Assembly (NCBI GenBank): GCA_032128115.1
Contig: JAQBHB010000107.1
Span: 1-32,632 of the forward strand
Length of the DNA stretch: 32,632 nucleotides
Direction: 5' to 3'
Source: Deltaproteobacteria bacterium
GTDB taxonomy: Bacteria; Myxococcota_A; UBA9160; SMWR01
Notes under the pieces: model-generated
Seen by the model: only the letters and a program-made list of their open reading frames with translations
The model's database searches: none
What the model was told of the DNA's origin: nothing
Part shown: positions 7,690 through 16,789 of the stretch, piece by piece
Layout of the letters: every line of letters begins with the position of its first letter
Position numbering within the stretch: the first letter of the stretch is position 1
Program-made: the position numbers and the translations under genes

Positions 7690-9366
7690 ATGTCACAAGC
7701 GCCGCCGCGACACCCGGACGAGCCCGAATTCCCGTGGCGCTGGCTGCCGGTGGTGGCGGCCGTCCTGTTCGCGGGGCTGGCCCTCCACGCGGCCCGGGTC
7801 GAGACGCCCACCGTGGACGAGTTCGCACACGTTCCGGCCGGACTGGCGTATTGGGAATACGGCCGTTTCGACCTCTACGCCCGCAATCCGCCCCTCTACA
7901 AGCTGGCCATGGCAATTCCCCTGCGCCTGGCCGGCGCCCGCGTTCCCGAGCCCGAGCTGCCGGCCTTTTCGGGGTGGGGGCCGTGGGCCTACGGGGCCGA
8001 CTTCCAGCGGGCCAATGCCGAGCGCTACCTGGATCTGTTCTGGCTGGCCCGGACCCTGACAGTGGGGATGGTGCTGCTCGCGGGGGCGTGTCTCTACCGT
8101 TGGGCACGTCAGGTCTTCCACCCGCGCGCCGCGGCGATCGCCACCACGTTGTTCTTCCTGAATCCGGTGGTGCTGGCCCACGGCCACCTGGCGACCCTGG
8201 ACGCCGCCTGCACGGTCACGGTCTTCGCCACCGCCTTCGTCCTGCGGTGGGCGCTCGTGCGGCGCTCCTTGCTGCTGCGGCGCTCCTTGCTGCGGATGGC
8301 CGCCGTGGGAAGCGTGTGGGGCGTCGCCCTGCTGGTGAAATTCACCGCGTTGCTGCTGGCCCCTGCCATCGTCGCCCTGGTGGCCCTCCATCGCTGGCGA
8401 GACGGGCGCCGGGGGCTGGCCGAGGCCGCACTGGTTTTCGGCGCGGCGCTACTGGTCGTGAATCTGGGGCTGGGCTTTCAGGGCTCGTTCGAGCCACTGG
8501 GTGGCTACCAGTTCGTCTCCAATCTCGGCGGTGGCCTGCAGCAGCTTCTCCCGGGTGCCTTCCCGGTTCCCGTGCCCGAAGTCTACCTGGTGGGTTTCGA
8601 TGCCCAGCTTCGCGACACCGAGTCGGGAGAACTCGGCAGCTATTTCCTGGGGCGTTGGTCGCAGGGGGGCCACTGGATCTACCCCTGGTTGGCGCTGGCG
8701 GTGAAGATACCGCTCCCGCTCCTGGGGCTGCTGGTGGCTTCGCCCTGGTTCCTGCGCCACCGCCGCCTGGATCGCCTGGAGCTCTGGCACATCCTGGCAC
8801 CCTTGATCTCGCTGCTCTTCTTCCTGACGTTCTTCAACCAGCTGGGAATCGGCATCCGGTATCTGCTTCCGGCATTTCCGCTGCTGTTCCTGCTGGTGGC
8901 GGGAGCCTGGCCGGGGCAGCGGGGCTGGAAGCTTCCCGCGGCGTTTCTCGTGCACGCGGCGCTGCTCGTCGGCATGGTTCATCCCGCCTATCTGGCCTGG
9001 TTCAATCCTTTGGCGGGCGGGCCGCAGGGTGGCCATCGGGTGCTGGCCGACTCCGATCTCGATTGGGGTCAGGATCTGTATCGCCTGCCCGAGGCACTGG
9101 CGAGTCTCGAGGTCCGGGAGCCGGTGTACCTGCTCTATTTCGGTCACGTGCATCCATCGGTCTACGGAATCGAATACGAACTGGTTCCCGACGAGCCGGT
9201 GGAGGGCGTGCTGGCGGTGAGTGCCAACTACTGGCTCGGCGCCGCCTATCCGGCGACGGCCCCCGACGGCAGCCTGCGCCGCATCCGGCGCGGCCACCTG
9301 GACTGGCTCCGGGGCCACGAGCCGGTGTTGCGCGCGGGCTCGATCTGGATCTTCGACACCCGATGA
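7690..9366 (+). CDS. GT-C fold (PMT/ArnT-like) membrane glycosyltransferase, 558 aa
   Basis: TPTVDEFAH (DE motif); NPPLYK; HGHLATLD; ALLVKFTA; IGIRYLLP; ADSDLDWGQDL; multiple TM helices. Confidence 0.85.
   Translation: MSQAPPRHPDEPEFPWRWLPVVAAVLFAGLALHAARVETPTVDEFAHVPAGLAYWEYGRFDLYARNPPLYKLAMAIPLRLAGARVPEPELPAFSGWGPWAYGADFQRANAERYLDLFWLARTLTVGMVLLAGACLYRWARQVFHPRAAAIATTLFFLNPVVLAHGHLATLDAACTVTVFATAFVLRWALVRRSLLLRRSLLRMAAVGSVWGVALLVKFTALLLAPAIVALVALHRWRDGRRGLAEAALVFGAALLVVNLGLGFQGSFEPLGGYQFVSNLGGGLQQLLPGAFPVPVPEVYLVGFDAQLRDTESGELGSYFLGRWSQGGHWIYPWLALAVKIPLPLLGLLVASPWFLRHRRLDRLELWHILAPLISLLFFLTFFNQLGIGIRYLLPAFPLLFLLVAGAWPGQRGWKLPAAFLVHAALLVGMVHPAYLAWFNPLAGGPQGGHRVLADSDLDWGQDLYRLPEALASLEVREPVYLLYFGHVHPSVYGIEYELVPDEPVEGVLAVSANYWLGAAYPATAPDGSLRRIRRGHLDWLRGHEPVLRAGSIWIFDTR
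8258..8293 (+). repeat. In-frame 18-bp tandem duplication within the glycosyltransferase gene
   Basis: tgcggcgctccttgctgc x2, giving RRSLLL-RRSLLR. Confidence 0.9.
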
Positions 9367-9403
9367 GAGCCGCTATGATGCGGGGCCGCACCCGGAGGAG
9401 CGC

Positions 9404-9853
9404 ATGGACGAGGATCGCGTCAAGGAAATCGTAAGCAAGATGGCGTTCTGGAGCGGCAAGGGCGAGATGGCCATCGACGAGATCGCCATGATCCAGCCGG
9501 GCCTCGGCCGCCTGATGCCCGAGATCGGCAACCGCACCTGGAAGCTCTACTACGCCGGCAAGGCCGAGAACTGGCCCAACGCCATGTACCAGTGGAAGGA
9601 GGCCAAGAAACTCTTCGAGACCGGCGCCTACACGCGGCCCAAGCACGCGGACGCCATCGAGGAATACCTGCGCGATTCCTGGGCTCCGCTCGAGGCGGCC
9701 ATCAAGGCCGAAGACCTGGACGCTTTTCTCAAGGCCATGGACAAGGCCGTGGAAGACGGCAACGCCTGGCACGTGAAGAAGGACAAACCCTTCATCGTGT
9801 GGAAGATGCCCGACGCGCCGCCCCCGGATCTCGACTTCACCCCGCGCAAGTAG
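9404..9853 (+). CDS. Conserved hypothetical helical protein, cytochrome c'-like but lacking CxxCH (149 aa)
   Basis: Strong ggagga RBS and upstream TATGAT; GC3-rich, Lys-rich coding pattern; PGLG..M..KLYYAG..NW..AI..D..F..NAWH..FI..P motif series. Confidence 0.8.
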   Translation: MDEDRVKEIVSKMAFWSGKGEMAIDEIAMIQPGLGRLMPEIGNRTWKLYYAGKAENWPNAMYQWKEAKKLFETGAYTRPKHADAIEEYLRDSWAPLEAAIKAEDLDAFLKAMDKAVEDGNAWHVKKDKPFIVWKMPDAPPPDLDFTPRK

Positions 9854-9890
9854 GGCCGAAGGCCCTGGGCCGGTAGCGGAGTGCGCCCGT

Positions 9891-10781
9891 CTAGTTCGCG
9901 GTCTGCCGCACCACGGGGTTCGCTGCGACTGTGATCCGGCCTGGCACCGTGGTTTCGATGAAGTCGGTCAGTACCTCGACGAAGCGCTCGGGCGCCTCGC
10001 AGTGGGGGTAGTGGCCGACCCCCTCGAAGATCTCGAGACGGCTGCCCGGGATCGAGGCGTGCGCGGCGCGGGCATGCTCGACGGGGATGATCGGGTCGGC
10101 GTCGCCCCAGATGATGAGTGTCGGCACCTCGGCGGCCAGGTGCAGGCGGTTGGCGGCGCTCACAGCCTGGCCGCGGGGATCCACCACCGCCCTCAACGTG
10201 CGCAGGAAGGCGCGGCGAGCGTCGTCGTCGGCGAGCGACGCATAGCTCCGCCACAGCTCCGCCACGACTGGCGCCGGGCGGAGCCCCACGCGAGCGGCGC
10301 CTCGGCCAACCGACTCGATCGCTCCGAGCACCGGCGCAGCACAAGCGAGCCGCAGCACGGCTGCGGAGCCGGGGAGGCTGAGGAAACGCAGGATGCGGTT
10401 GACCTCGCGGCCGAGCCCTCCGCTCCCCACGAGCACGAGCCGCTCGGTGCGCTCCGGGTACTGGTAGGAGAACTGCATCGCGACGCCGCCGCCAAGCGAT
10501 TGGCCCACCACCGTGGCGTGGTCGTGCCCGAGGGCGACGAGCAGGTCGCGGAGCGTGCTGGCAAATGCCCCGAGTGAGTAGTCGCCCAGCGGCTTGTCCG
10601 AGCGCCCGTGTCCGAGCAGATCCGGCGCGACCACGGTAAAGCGCTGGGCGAGCCCGGGCATCACCTGCCGCCAGGTCGTGACGCTGCCGGCCATGCCGTG
10701 GATCAGCAGCAGGACCGGGCCGGAGCCGGCCGTGCGGTAGCTGATCCGCTGCTCGTGGATGGAGATCTCGCGGAGGTCCAT
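9891..10781 (-). CDS. Alpha/beta fold hydrolase
   Basis: LLIHGMAGS; APDLLGHGRS; nucleophile elbow GQSLGG; WGDADPII (Asp); GVGHYPH (His). Confidence 0.92.
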   Translation of the reverse strand: MDLREISIHEQRISYRTAGSGPVLLLIHGMAGSVTTWRQVMPGLAQRFTVVAPDLLGHGRSDKPLGDYSLGAFASTLRDLLVALGHDHATVVGQSLGGGVAMQFSYQYPERTERLVLVGSGGLGREVNRILRFLSLPGSAAVLRLACAAPVLGAIESVGRGAARVGLRPAPVVAELWRSYASLADDDARRAFLRTLRAVVDPRGQAVSAANRLHLAAEVPTLIIWGDADPIIPVEHARAAHASIPGSRLEIFEGVGHYPHCEAPERFVEVLTDFIETTVPGRITVAANPVVRQTAN

Positions 10782-10878
10782 GGCGGGAGAGTGTCGCAAT
10801 CTTGGGCCGGCAGGGCCAACCCAGTTCGGCTCCATGGGACGACGGCGACGCGTCGGGTCCGTGGCTAGCATGATCCCC

Positions 10879-11451
10879 ATGCCGGAGTATGGCGACGAGG
10901 TGCTCGTTGGGAGGGCGCGCGCGCGCTACTTCGAGGCCAACGGGTTCGGATCGGATGGCGGGTATGCGAAGGACTGGGTTCGCTTCAAGGTAGGCCCGAT
11001 CCCGATCGCGTTTCCGAACACCGCGGCGCGCAAGGCTGCCGTTCCCTGTCACGACCTGCACCATGTAGCCACGGGCTACGAGACGGATCTGGTGGGGGAG
11101 GGGGAGATCGGCGCCTGGGAGATCGCGTCGGGCTGCGCCCACATGCGCGCAGCGCTGATCCTCAACCTGCTGGCGGTCTGGCCCGTGCTCTTCTACGCCC
11201 CGGGCCGGGTATACCGGGCGTTTTTGCGAGGTCGGCACAGTCGCAACCTCTACGACGGCTCCCATGGCGAGGCCGTGCTGGCGTTGACCGTGGGAGCGCT
11301 GCGGACGCAGCTCCGCCTCGATGCGTCTCCGCCTCCCGCCACCGCTGCGGACAGGATCGCCTTTGTGGGCTTCCTGACACGGGTCGTGGGCCTCCAGGTG
11401 GGCTTGCTGGTCCTCGTCTTCGGATTTCCCGCATGGGTTGTCTTCGGCTGA
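10879..11451 (+). CDS. Coq4-like HDxxH metal-binding protein with C-terminal TM helix
   Basis: HDLHHVATGYETDLVGEGEI matches the Coq4-type HDxxH(x)nE motif; hydrophobic C-terminus; TAGCAT -10 starts 13 nt before the ATG. Confidence 0.65.
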   Translation: MPEYGDEVLVGRARARYFEANGFGSDGGYAKDWVRFKVGPIPIAFPNTAARKAAVPCHDLHHVATGYETDLVGEGEIGAWEIASGCAHMRAALILNLLAVWPVLFYAPGRVYRAFLRGRHSRNLYDGSHGEAVLALTVGALRTQLRLDASPPPATAADRIAFVGFLTRVVGLQVGLLVLVFGFPAWVVFG

Positions 11452-11522
11452 GCGTTGGCCTCGCGCTGACGCGGGCCGCGCGAGTCCGCGTTCGCCCCAC
11501 TTTCGGCTACGATCCGCCGGGT

Positions 11523-11930
11523 ATGGAGTGGTTTCGGCGGGTGATCGTGCTGGCGCTCGCCTCCGTGTCGACGCTCGCCTGCAGTGAGTACGACGAGCCG
11601 GCTCCGCCCGGCCAGGTGCTCTACCTACGACACTGCGCTTCGTGCCACGGTGTGTCCGGCAAGGGAGATGGGCCGGTCGCGGCAAGTCTCCAGATCCGGC
11701 CCACGGATCTGACCACGATCGCCAGGCGATCGGGCGGGCGTTTCGACGATGCGGGGGTCATGCGGGTCATCGATGGCCGGCGGGTCGTCGCAGAGCACGG
11801 AACGCGGGAGATGCCGGTCTGGGGCGCGGTCTTCGCCGAGGAGCTGGAGGGGCAGCGCTATGCGGCCTATACCGTTCTCCTGCATGGGCGTGCCCTCACA
11901 GACTACGTCCGCTCGATCCAGGAGAAGTGA
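11523..11930 (+). CDS. Monoheme class I cytochrome c, probable lipoprotein
   Basis: Signal peptide with lipobox TLAC; CASCHG heme motif; GKGDGP; HGTREMPVWG distal Met. Confidence 0.9.
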   Translation: MEWFRRVIVLALASVSTLACSEYDEPAPPGQVLYLRHCASCHGVSGKGDGPVAASLQIRPTDLTTIARRSGGRFDDAGVMRVIDGRRVVAEHGTREMPVWGAVFAEELEGQRYAAYTVLLHGRALTDYVRSIQEK

Positions 11931-12829
11931 GCCTGCGAGCAACCGGGACCCGCGCTACCTCCCGGCCGAAAGCTGCTGCGCCGCCGGCTGTCCGACCCGA
12001 CGCCTATACGCCCGACGAGATCGCGGCCCGGGTCCGGGACGTCGGGATCCGAAAGGCGAGCCTCGACCTGCCGAGCATGCTGGCGCTGGCGATCCTGGCC
12101 GGCGCCTTCATCGCGCTCGGCGCTTGCCTTTCGACGCTCTCGATCGCGGGATTCGACGGGAGCTACGGAATCCGTCGTCTCGTCGCGGGCCTGACGTTCA
12201 GCCTGGGTTTGATCCTCGTGGTTCTCGCTGGCGCCGAGCTCTTCACCGGGAACAACCTCGTCATCATGGCGTGGGCGAGCCGGCTCGTCAGCACACGGGC
12301 TCTGCTCCGAAGCTGGGCCTGGGTCTATTTCGGCAACTTCATCGGCGCCGTCGCGACGGCGGTCCTGGTCTTCCTGACCGCACCCTGGATCACCCATCAG
12401 TTCCAGGTGGACATCGTCGCCATCAATACGGCCCTCACGAAGATCCAGATCCCGCCCACCCAGTCGTTCTTCCTTGGCATCCTCGCCAATGCACTCGTGT
12501 GTCTTGCCGTCTGGCTCTGTTTCGGCGCTCGCACGGCTGGCGGCAAGATCCTTGCAATCATCTTTCCCATCACCGCCTTCGTTGCCCTCGGCTTCGAGCA
12601 TTCCATCGCCAACATGTACTTTTTCTCCATCGGGCTCCTCCTGAAGGGCCAGCCCGAAATCGTGGCGGCGGGGCAATGGCCCGCGGAAACGCTGCAGGCG
12701 CTCTCCCTCGCCGGCGCTCTTCGCAATCTCGTTCCCGTGACACTCGGGAACATCGTGGGAGGCGCCGGCCTCGTGGGCGGGATGTATTGGTTCATCTACC
12801 TCCGACCCGGCGCGCGCGAGGGGGCGTAG
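11927..12829 (+). CDS. Formate/nitrite transporter (FNT) family channel
   Basis: GAELFTGN; GNFIGA; NALVCLAVW; GFEHSIANM; TLGNIVGG. GTG start overlaps the cytochrome stop (GTGA), ggag RBS. Confidence 0.93.
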   Translation: MSLRATGTRATSRPKAAAPPAVRPDAYTPDEIAARVRDVGIRKASLDLPSMLALAILAGAFIALGACLSTLSIAGFDGSYGIRRLVAGLTFSLGLILVVLAGAELFTGNNLVIMAWASRLVSTRALLRSWAWVYFGNFIGAVATAVLVFLTAPWITHQFQVDIVAINTALTKIQIPPTQSFFLGILANALVCLAVWLCFGARTAGGKILAIIFPITAFVALGFEHSIANMYFFSIGLLLKGQPEIVAAGQWPAETLQALSLAGALRNLVPVTLGNIVGGAGLVGGMYWFIYLRPGAREGA

Positions 12830-12916
12830 TCGAGGTGGCCAGCACGGCGACGGGAGCCTTCGTCGGAAATACGACCCGACGAGGCCGCGTGGGCGTGCGG
12901 GTGGGCCGCGCGGGCC

Positions 12917-13825
12917 TCAGTCGAACTGCGGGATCGCCGGCGAAATCTGGAACGTGATGCCCCAGCGCGGGCTCGGGAAGTCGTCGGGCCGCACCGGGTA
13001 GTAATCGGCTTCGAGCCAGAACAGCACGGGATACCTCCCGATCCGGATCGTCCTGCCCGCTCCAAGCCCGACGGGAAGCGACAATCGGTTGCCGCTGGAG
13101 GCCGTCCAATCCACCGTCAGGGTGGGCTGCATACCGGCCTGCCAGCGCCCGGGAAGCTGGCGCAAGAGCACGTACTCGAGGCTCAGCTGACTGGTGCGTG
13201 GGCGGCTCTTGTCTCCGGCAAACGACCACCACTGCTGGGCGTAGGCGTAGGCCGTCCAGCGCTTCCACATATAGCCCGCGACGGCCGCGGGCCCCGCCTG
13301 CCATTTCCCCTGGCCGAGCGCATCGGACGAAGCGGACGGGAAGATGAACGTGGGCCCAAGTGCCCACACGAAGCCGTCGCGCCTCACGGGCGCGAGGCCG
13401 ATGGCGAGCTGGATGTCTCCGAAGCCCGTGCCGTGGTCGGGGAATGTCTCGACGAAGGGAATCGTGAGCTCGCTGATGATGCTGTAGCTGCGGGCCCACT
13501 CGCTGTCGCCCGGGAAGAACCGGCTCAGGCCGATGGGAACGACCGGTTGGAGAATTCCGACGTAGTCCGGGTCGACCCCGCCGAAGCCCGCTCCTCCCAC
13601 ACCGGTGACGGTGTTCTCGAAGTTGAGCGTCCAGAGGGTGGTGACTGGATTGGTGAGCTGGCGCGCGATCTCCTGCAACGACTCCTCACTGCGGCCGCCG
13701 GGCGGGACCTCGGGCTCGTCGGCCCGGGCCCGAAGGCCGGTGGCGAGCAGGATCGCGATCCCGGCGGCCAGGGCGGCACGAAGGCGTCGACCCGGCGGCA
13801 ATGCGAAGGCATGGGCAGGGCGCAC
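12917..13825 (-). CDS. Putative outer-membrane beta-barrel protein (family often annotated 'neuromedin U'/transporter)
   Basis: Signal-like N-terminus; IARQLTNPV; GFGDI; GPTFIFPSAS..LGQGKWQAGP; alternating aromatic strands. Start codon uncertain. Confidence 0.7.
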   Translation of the reverse strand: MRPAHAFALPPGRRLRAALAAGIAILLATGLRARADEPEVPPGGRSEESLQEIARQLTNPVTTLWTLNFENTVTGVGGAGFGGVDPDYVGILQPVVPIGLSRFFPGDSEWARSYSIISELTIPFVETFPDHGTGFGDIQLAIGLAPVRRDGFVWALGPTFIFPSASSDALGQGKWQAGPAAVAGYMWKRWTAYAYAQQWWSFAGDKSRPRTSQLSLEYVLLRQLPGRWQAGMQPTLTVDWTASSGNRLSLPVGLGAGRTIRIGRYPVLFWLEADYYPVRPDDFPSPRWGITFQISPAIPQFD

Positions 13826-14014
13826 GCCTTTCTCCAGACGGGGTGGGCCGTAGAATCCCACACGGAACGGGCGGGTGCGAGGCCAATTGCCGAAGTTGCG
13901 TATCCGTGAGCGTTCCGGCGTGTGGCGACGAGCTTCGGTCTGGCCCTCGAGCTGCCGATGTCATCCGGGGGGGCCGCCGCTCGGGAGGCGCCGGCGCCCC
14001 GCCTCGGAGTTCCG

Positions 14015-14680
14015 ATGATCGTCCGGTTGGCCAGCCTGATTCTCGCCCTCGCCCTGTGTCCGCAGGCCGGGGCGCTCACCTTGATCGACGACGCCGCGGA
14101 TCTGGTCGAGGTGACGGGGGCCCAGGACTTCTCGAACGACGGGCCTCTCCAGAGCAACACCGAGATCTACTTCTTCCAGGAGCGGGACGACTACATCCTG
14201 CCCTCGGACGTCACGATCAACGCCCGCAGTCCCGGTACCTACTCCACCGCAGGCCCGTCCCAGGTTCTCAGCCTGGGTCAGGTGGTGGACATCTTCTTCA
14301 TCCACATGGACGTGGTGAGCGGAACCATCACCCACGGCGGCGGTGGCAGCACCGCGGGCTCGATCGTCTTCGACGAGATGATCCTGGGAGTCATTGGAAC
14401 GGTCAGCGAGTTGGACGCCTCCGACTTCCTCGGCGATCCGTTCTCGACCTATCTGCCGACGCCGGCGGCGCGGAACACGTGGGAGGGCAGCGACCTGCTG
14501 ACCATCAGCGCCGATCGCCGCACCCTCACGATCGACAGTCTCCGCGTGGGAACCGCGACCACCTACGCCGACCAGATCCGGGTGATCGTTGCAACCCCCG
14601 AGCCGGGCACCGCCGTGCTGCTGGCCTCGGGCCTGGTGGCCCTGTCCGCCTCCCGCCGCCGCGCCACTTCGCGCAAGTAG
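14015..14680 (+). CDS. PEP-CTERM sorting domain surface protein (221 aa)
   Basis: Sec signal ending AGA; Ser/Thr/Asp-rich body; C-terminal TPEPGTAVLLASGLVALSASRRR (PEP, TM helix, basic cluster). Confidence 0.9.
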   Translation: MIVRLASLILALALCPQAGALTLIDDAADLVEVTGAQDFSNDGPLQSNTEIYFFQERDDYILPSDVTINARSPGTYSTAGPSQVLSLGQVVDIFFIHMDVVSGTITHGGGGSTAGSIVFDEMILGVIGTVSELDASDFLGDPFSTYLPTPAARNTWEGSDLLTISADRRTLTIDSLRVGTATTYADQIRVIVATPEPGTAVLLASGLVALSASRRRATSRK

Positions 14681-14710
14681 CCGACCCGGCGCGCGAGCCG
14701 AAGACCCGGG

Positions 14711-15316
14711 TCAGCTCGCGAAGCCTTCCAGGTAGGGGATGCGGGCCGCGGCGGCCTCGATGGCGTCGCCGGCTTCCAGCAGCAGCGACGTGGCGTTCCA
14801 GGTGCCCTCGAGCAGCGGCCCGAGGACGCCGTCGGGGATGTGGGCGGGCAGCGTCCCGATCCGCGAGGTGAGCGTGCCCGCCTCGAGATCCAGCACCAGC
14901 TCCTGGTCCGGAGCCAGATCCACCGCGTCCATCAGGGCCAGGAGGTCGCCATCGGAAAGGGTGGCGCACGGGAGACCCAGGGCGGTGCAGTTGCCCGCGA
15001 AGATCTCGGCGAACGAGCCGCCCACGAAGGCGGCAAAGCCCCAGCGCATGAGCGCCTGGGGGGCGTGCTCCCGGGACGAGCCACTGCCGAAGTTGTGTCC
15101 CACCACCAGGATCGTGGCGTTGGCGAAGTGATCCTGGTCCAGGGGGTGATCCCCCTTGGCCTGCAGCCGGTCGTCCTCGAAGGCGTGCTCGCCAAGGCCG
15201 TCGAAGGTGACACAGCGCAGGAAGCGCGCCGGGATGATGCGGTCGGTGTCGATGTTGTCGCCCCGCAACACGCAGCCCCTACCCGCGACGCGTCGGACGC
15301 CCTTGTGCTTCGCCAT
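14711..15316 (-). CDS. leuD: 3-isopropylmalate dehydratase small subunit
   Basis: DNIDTDRIIPARFL; NFGSGSSREHAPQAL; SFAEIF.GN; start overlaps the leuC stop. Confidence 0.96.
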   Translation of the reverse strand: MAKHKGVRRVAGRGCVLRGDNIDTDRIIPARFLRCVTFDGLGEHAFEDDRLQAKGDHPLDQDHFANATILVVGHNFGSGSSREHAPQALMRWGFAAFVGGSFAEIFAGNCTALGLPCATLSDGDLLALMDAVDLAPDQELVLDLEAGTLTSRIGTLPAHIPDGVLGPLLEGTWNATSLLLEAGDAIEAAAARIPYLEGFAS

Positions 15317-16722
15317 CAGAGCTTCTCCCGCACGTCCACGACGCGACCCGCGAGCGCCGCGGCCGCCACCATGACCGGCGACATGAGCAGGGTGCGCCCC
15401 AGGGGCGAGCCCTGGCGGCCCTTGAAGTTGCGGTTGCTGGACGAGGCACAGACCTCGCGGTCCTTGAGCTTGTCGGGATTCATGGCCAGGCACATGGAGC
15501 AGCCGGGCTCGCGCCACTCGAAGCCCGCGGCCCGGAAGATCTCGTCGAGACCCTCTTCCACGGCCTGGCGCTGCACCTCCTGGGAACCGGGCACCACCAA
15601 CGCGCGCACGTGGGGGGCCACGTGCCCACCGCGCGCCACGCGGGCCGCATCGCGCAGGTCCGAGATGCGGCCGTTGGTGCAGGAGCCGATGAACGCCACG
15701 TCGATGCGGGTGCCCGCGATGGGTTCGCCCGCCCGCAGGCCCATGAAGCCCAGGGCTTCCTCGTGGGACGCCCGGTCCTCCGCCACCTCGTGGTGGTGGG
15801 GGAGGCGTTCGTTCACCCCCACCACATGTCCCGGATGGATCCCCCACGTGACCGACGGTTCCAGTGCGCTGCCGTCGATCTCGACCCGATCGGCGAAGTC
15901 GGCGTCCGGGTCGCTGGCCATGCCGCGCCACCATTTGGCGGCGCGATCGAAGGCCTCGCCCACCGGCGAGAATTCGCGGCCGCGCAGGTACTCGAGGGTG
16001 GCGTCGTCGGGGTTGATGTAGCCACAGCGGGCGCCACCCTCGATGGACATGTTGCAAACGGTGAGGCGCTCTTCGAGGGTCATGGCGTCGATCACCGCAC
16101 CCGCGTACTCGTAGGCATACCCCACGCCTCCCTTGACGCCGAGCTGTCGGATGATCCCCAGGATCACGTCCTTGGCGTAGACGCCGGCCGAAAGCTTCCC
16201 GGTCACCTCGATGCGGCGCACCTTGGGACGCGCCAGGTTCAGGCACTGGGTGGCCAGTACGTCGCGAACCTGGCTGGTGCCGATGCCAAAGGCCACCGCG
16301 CCGAAGGCGCCGTGGGTGCTGGTGTGGCTGTCCCCGCAGGCGATGGTCATGCCGGGCTGGGTGAGGCCGAGCTCGGGTCCGATCACGTGCACGATGCCCT
16401 GACGGCCGCTGTCCGGGAGAAAGAGGGGAATCCCGGCGTCGGCGCAATTTCGCTCCAGGGCAACCAGCATCTCCTCGGCCAGCGAGTCGGCCAGGGGCCG
16501 TTTCTGCGACGTGGTGGGGATGATGTGATCCACCGTGGCAAACGTGCGCGAGGGGAAGCGCACGGGCACGCCCACTTCCCGCAGCATGGCGAAGGCCTGG
16601 GGGCTGGTGACTTCGTGGATCAGGTGCAGACCGATGAAGAGCTGGGTATGGCCGCCCGGCAGCTCGCGCACGCTGTGCGCGTCCCAGACCTTGTCGAGCA
16701 GGTTGCGTCCGGAGGGGCTCAT
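15316..16722 (-). CDS. leuC: 3-isopropylmalate dehydratase large subunit
   Basis: [38 protein letters not shown] (4Fe-4S ligands); [11 protein letters not shown]. Confidence 0.97.
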   Translation of the reverse strand: MSPSGRNLLDKVWDAHSVRELPGGHTQLFIGLHLIHEVTSPQAFAMLREVGVPVRFPSRTFATVDHIIPTTSQKRPLADSLAEEMLVALERNCADAGIPLFLPDSGRQGIVHVIGPELGLTQPGMTIACGDSHTSTHGAFGAVAFGIGTSQVRDVLATQCLNLARPKVRRIEVTGKLSAGVYAKDVILGIIRQLGVKGGVGYAYEYAGAVIDAMTLEERLTVCNMSIEGGARCGYINPDDATLEYLRGREFSPVGEAFDRAAKWWRGMASDPDADFADRVEIDGSALEPSVTWGIHPGHVVGVNERLPHHHEVAEDRASHEEALGFMGLRAGEPIAGTRIDVAFIGSCTNGRISDLRDAARVARGGHVAPHVRALVVPGSQEVQRQAVEEGLDEIFRAAGFEWREPGCSMCLAMNPDKLKDREVCASSSNRNFKGRQGSPLGRTLLMSPVMVAAAALAGRVVDVREKL

Positions 16723-16728
16723 GGGCCG

Positions 16729-16734
16729 ATCATA
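16729..16734 (-). promoter_or_regulatory. Putative -10 element (TATGAT) of a leaderless leuCD transcript
   Basis: Minus strand ggcTATGAT-cggccc-ATG; hexamer starts 12 nt before the ATG; no SD. Confidence 0.65.
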
Positions 16735-16789
16735 GCCCGGCGACCCGGGGGGTGCTGAGATCCGAGACGACGCTGTACTCTGCCGCCGT

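Noticed and set aside
13860..14014. Sigma-54 or sigma-28 promoter upstream of the PEP-CTERM gene
   Set aside because: A GCCGAT is present but has no matching -35, and no correctly spaced TGGC-N-TTGC was found.
16723..16789. Leucine attenuator or T-box upstream of leuC
   Set aside because: The gap is only 67 bp, has no Leu-rich leader peptide, and the gene appears leaderless.
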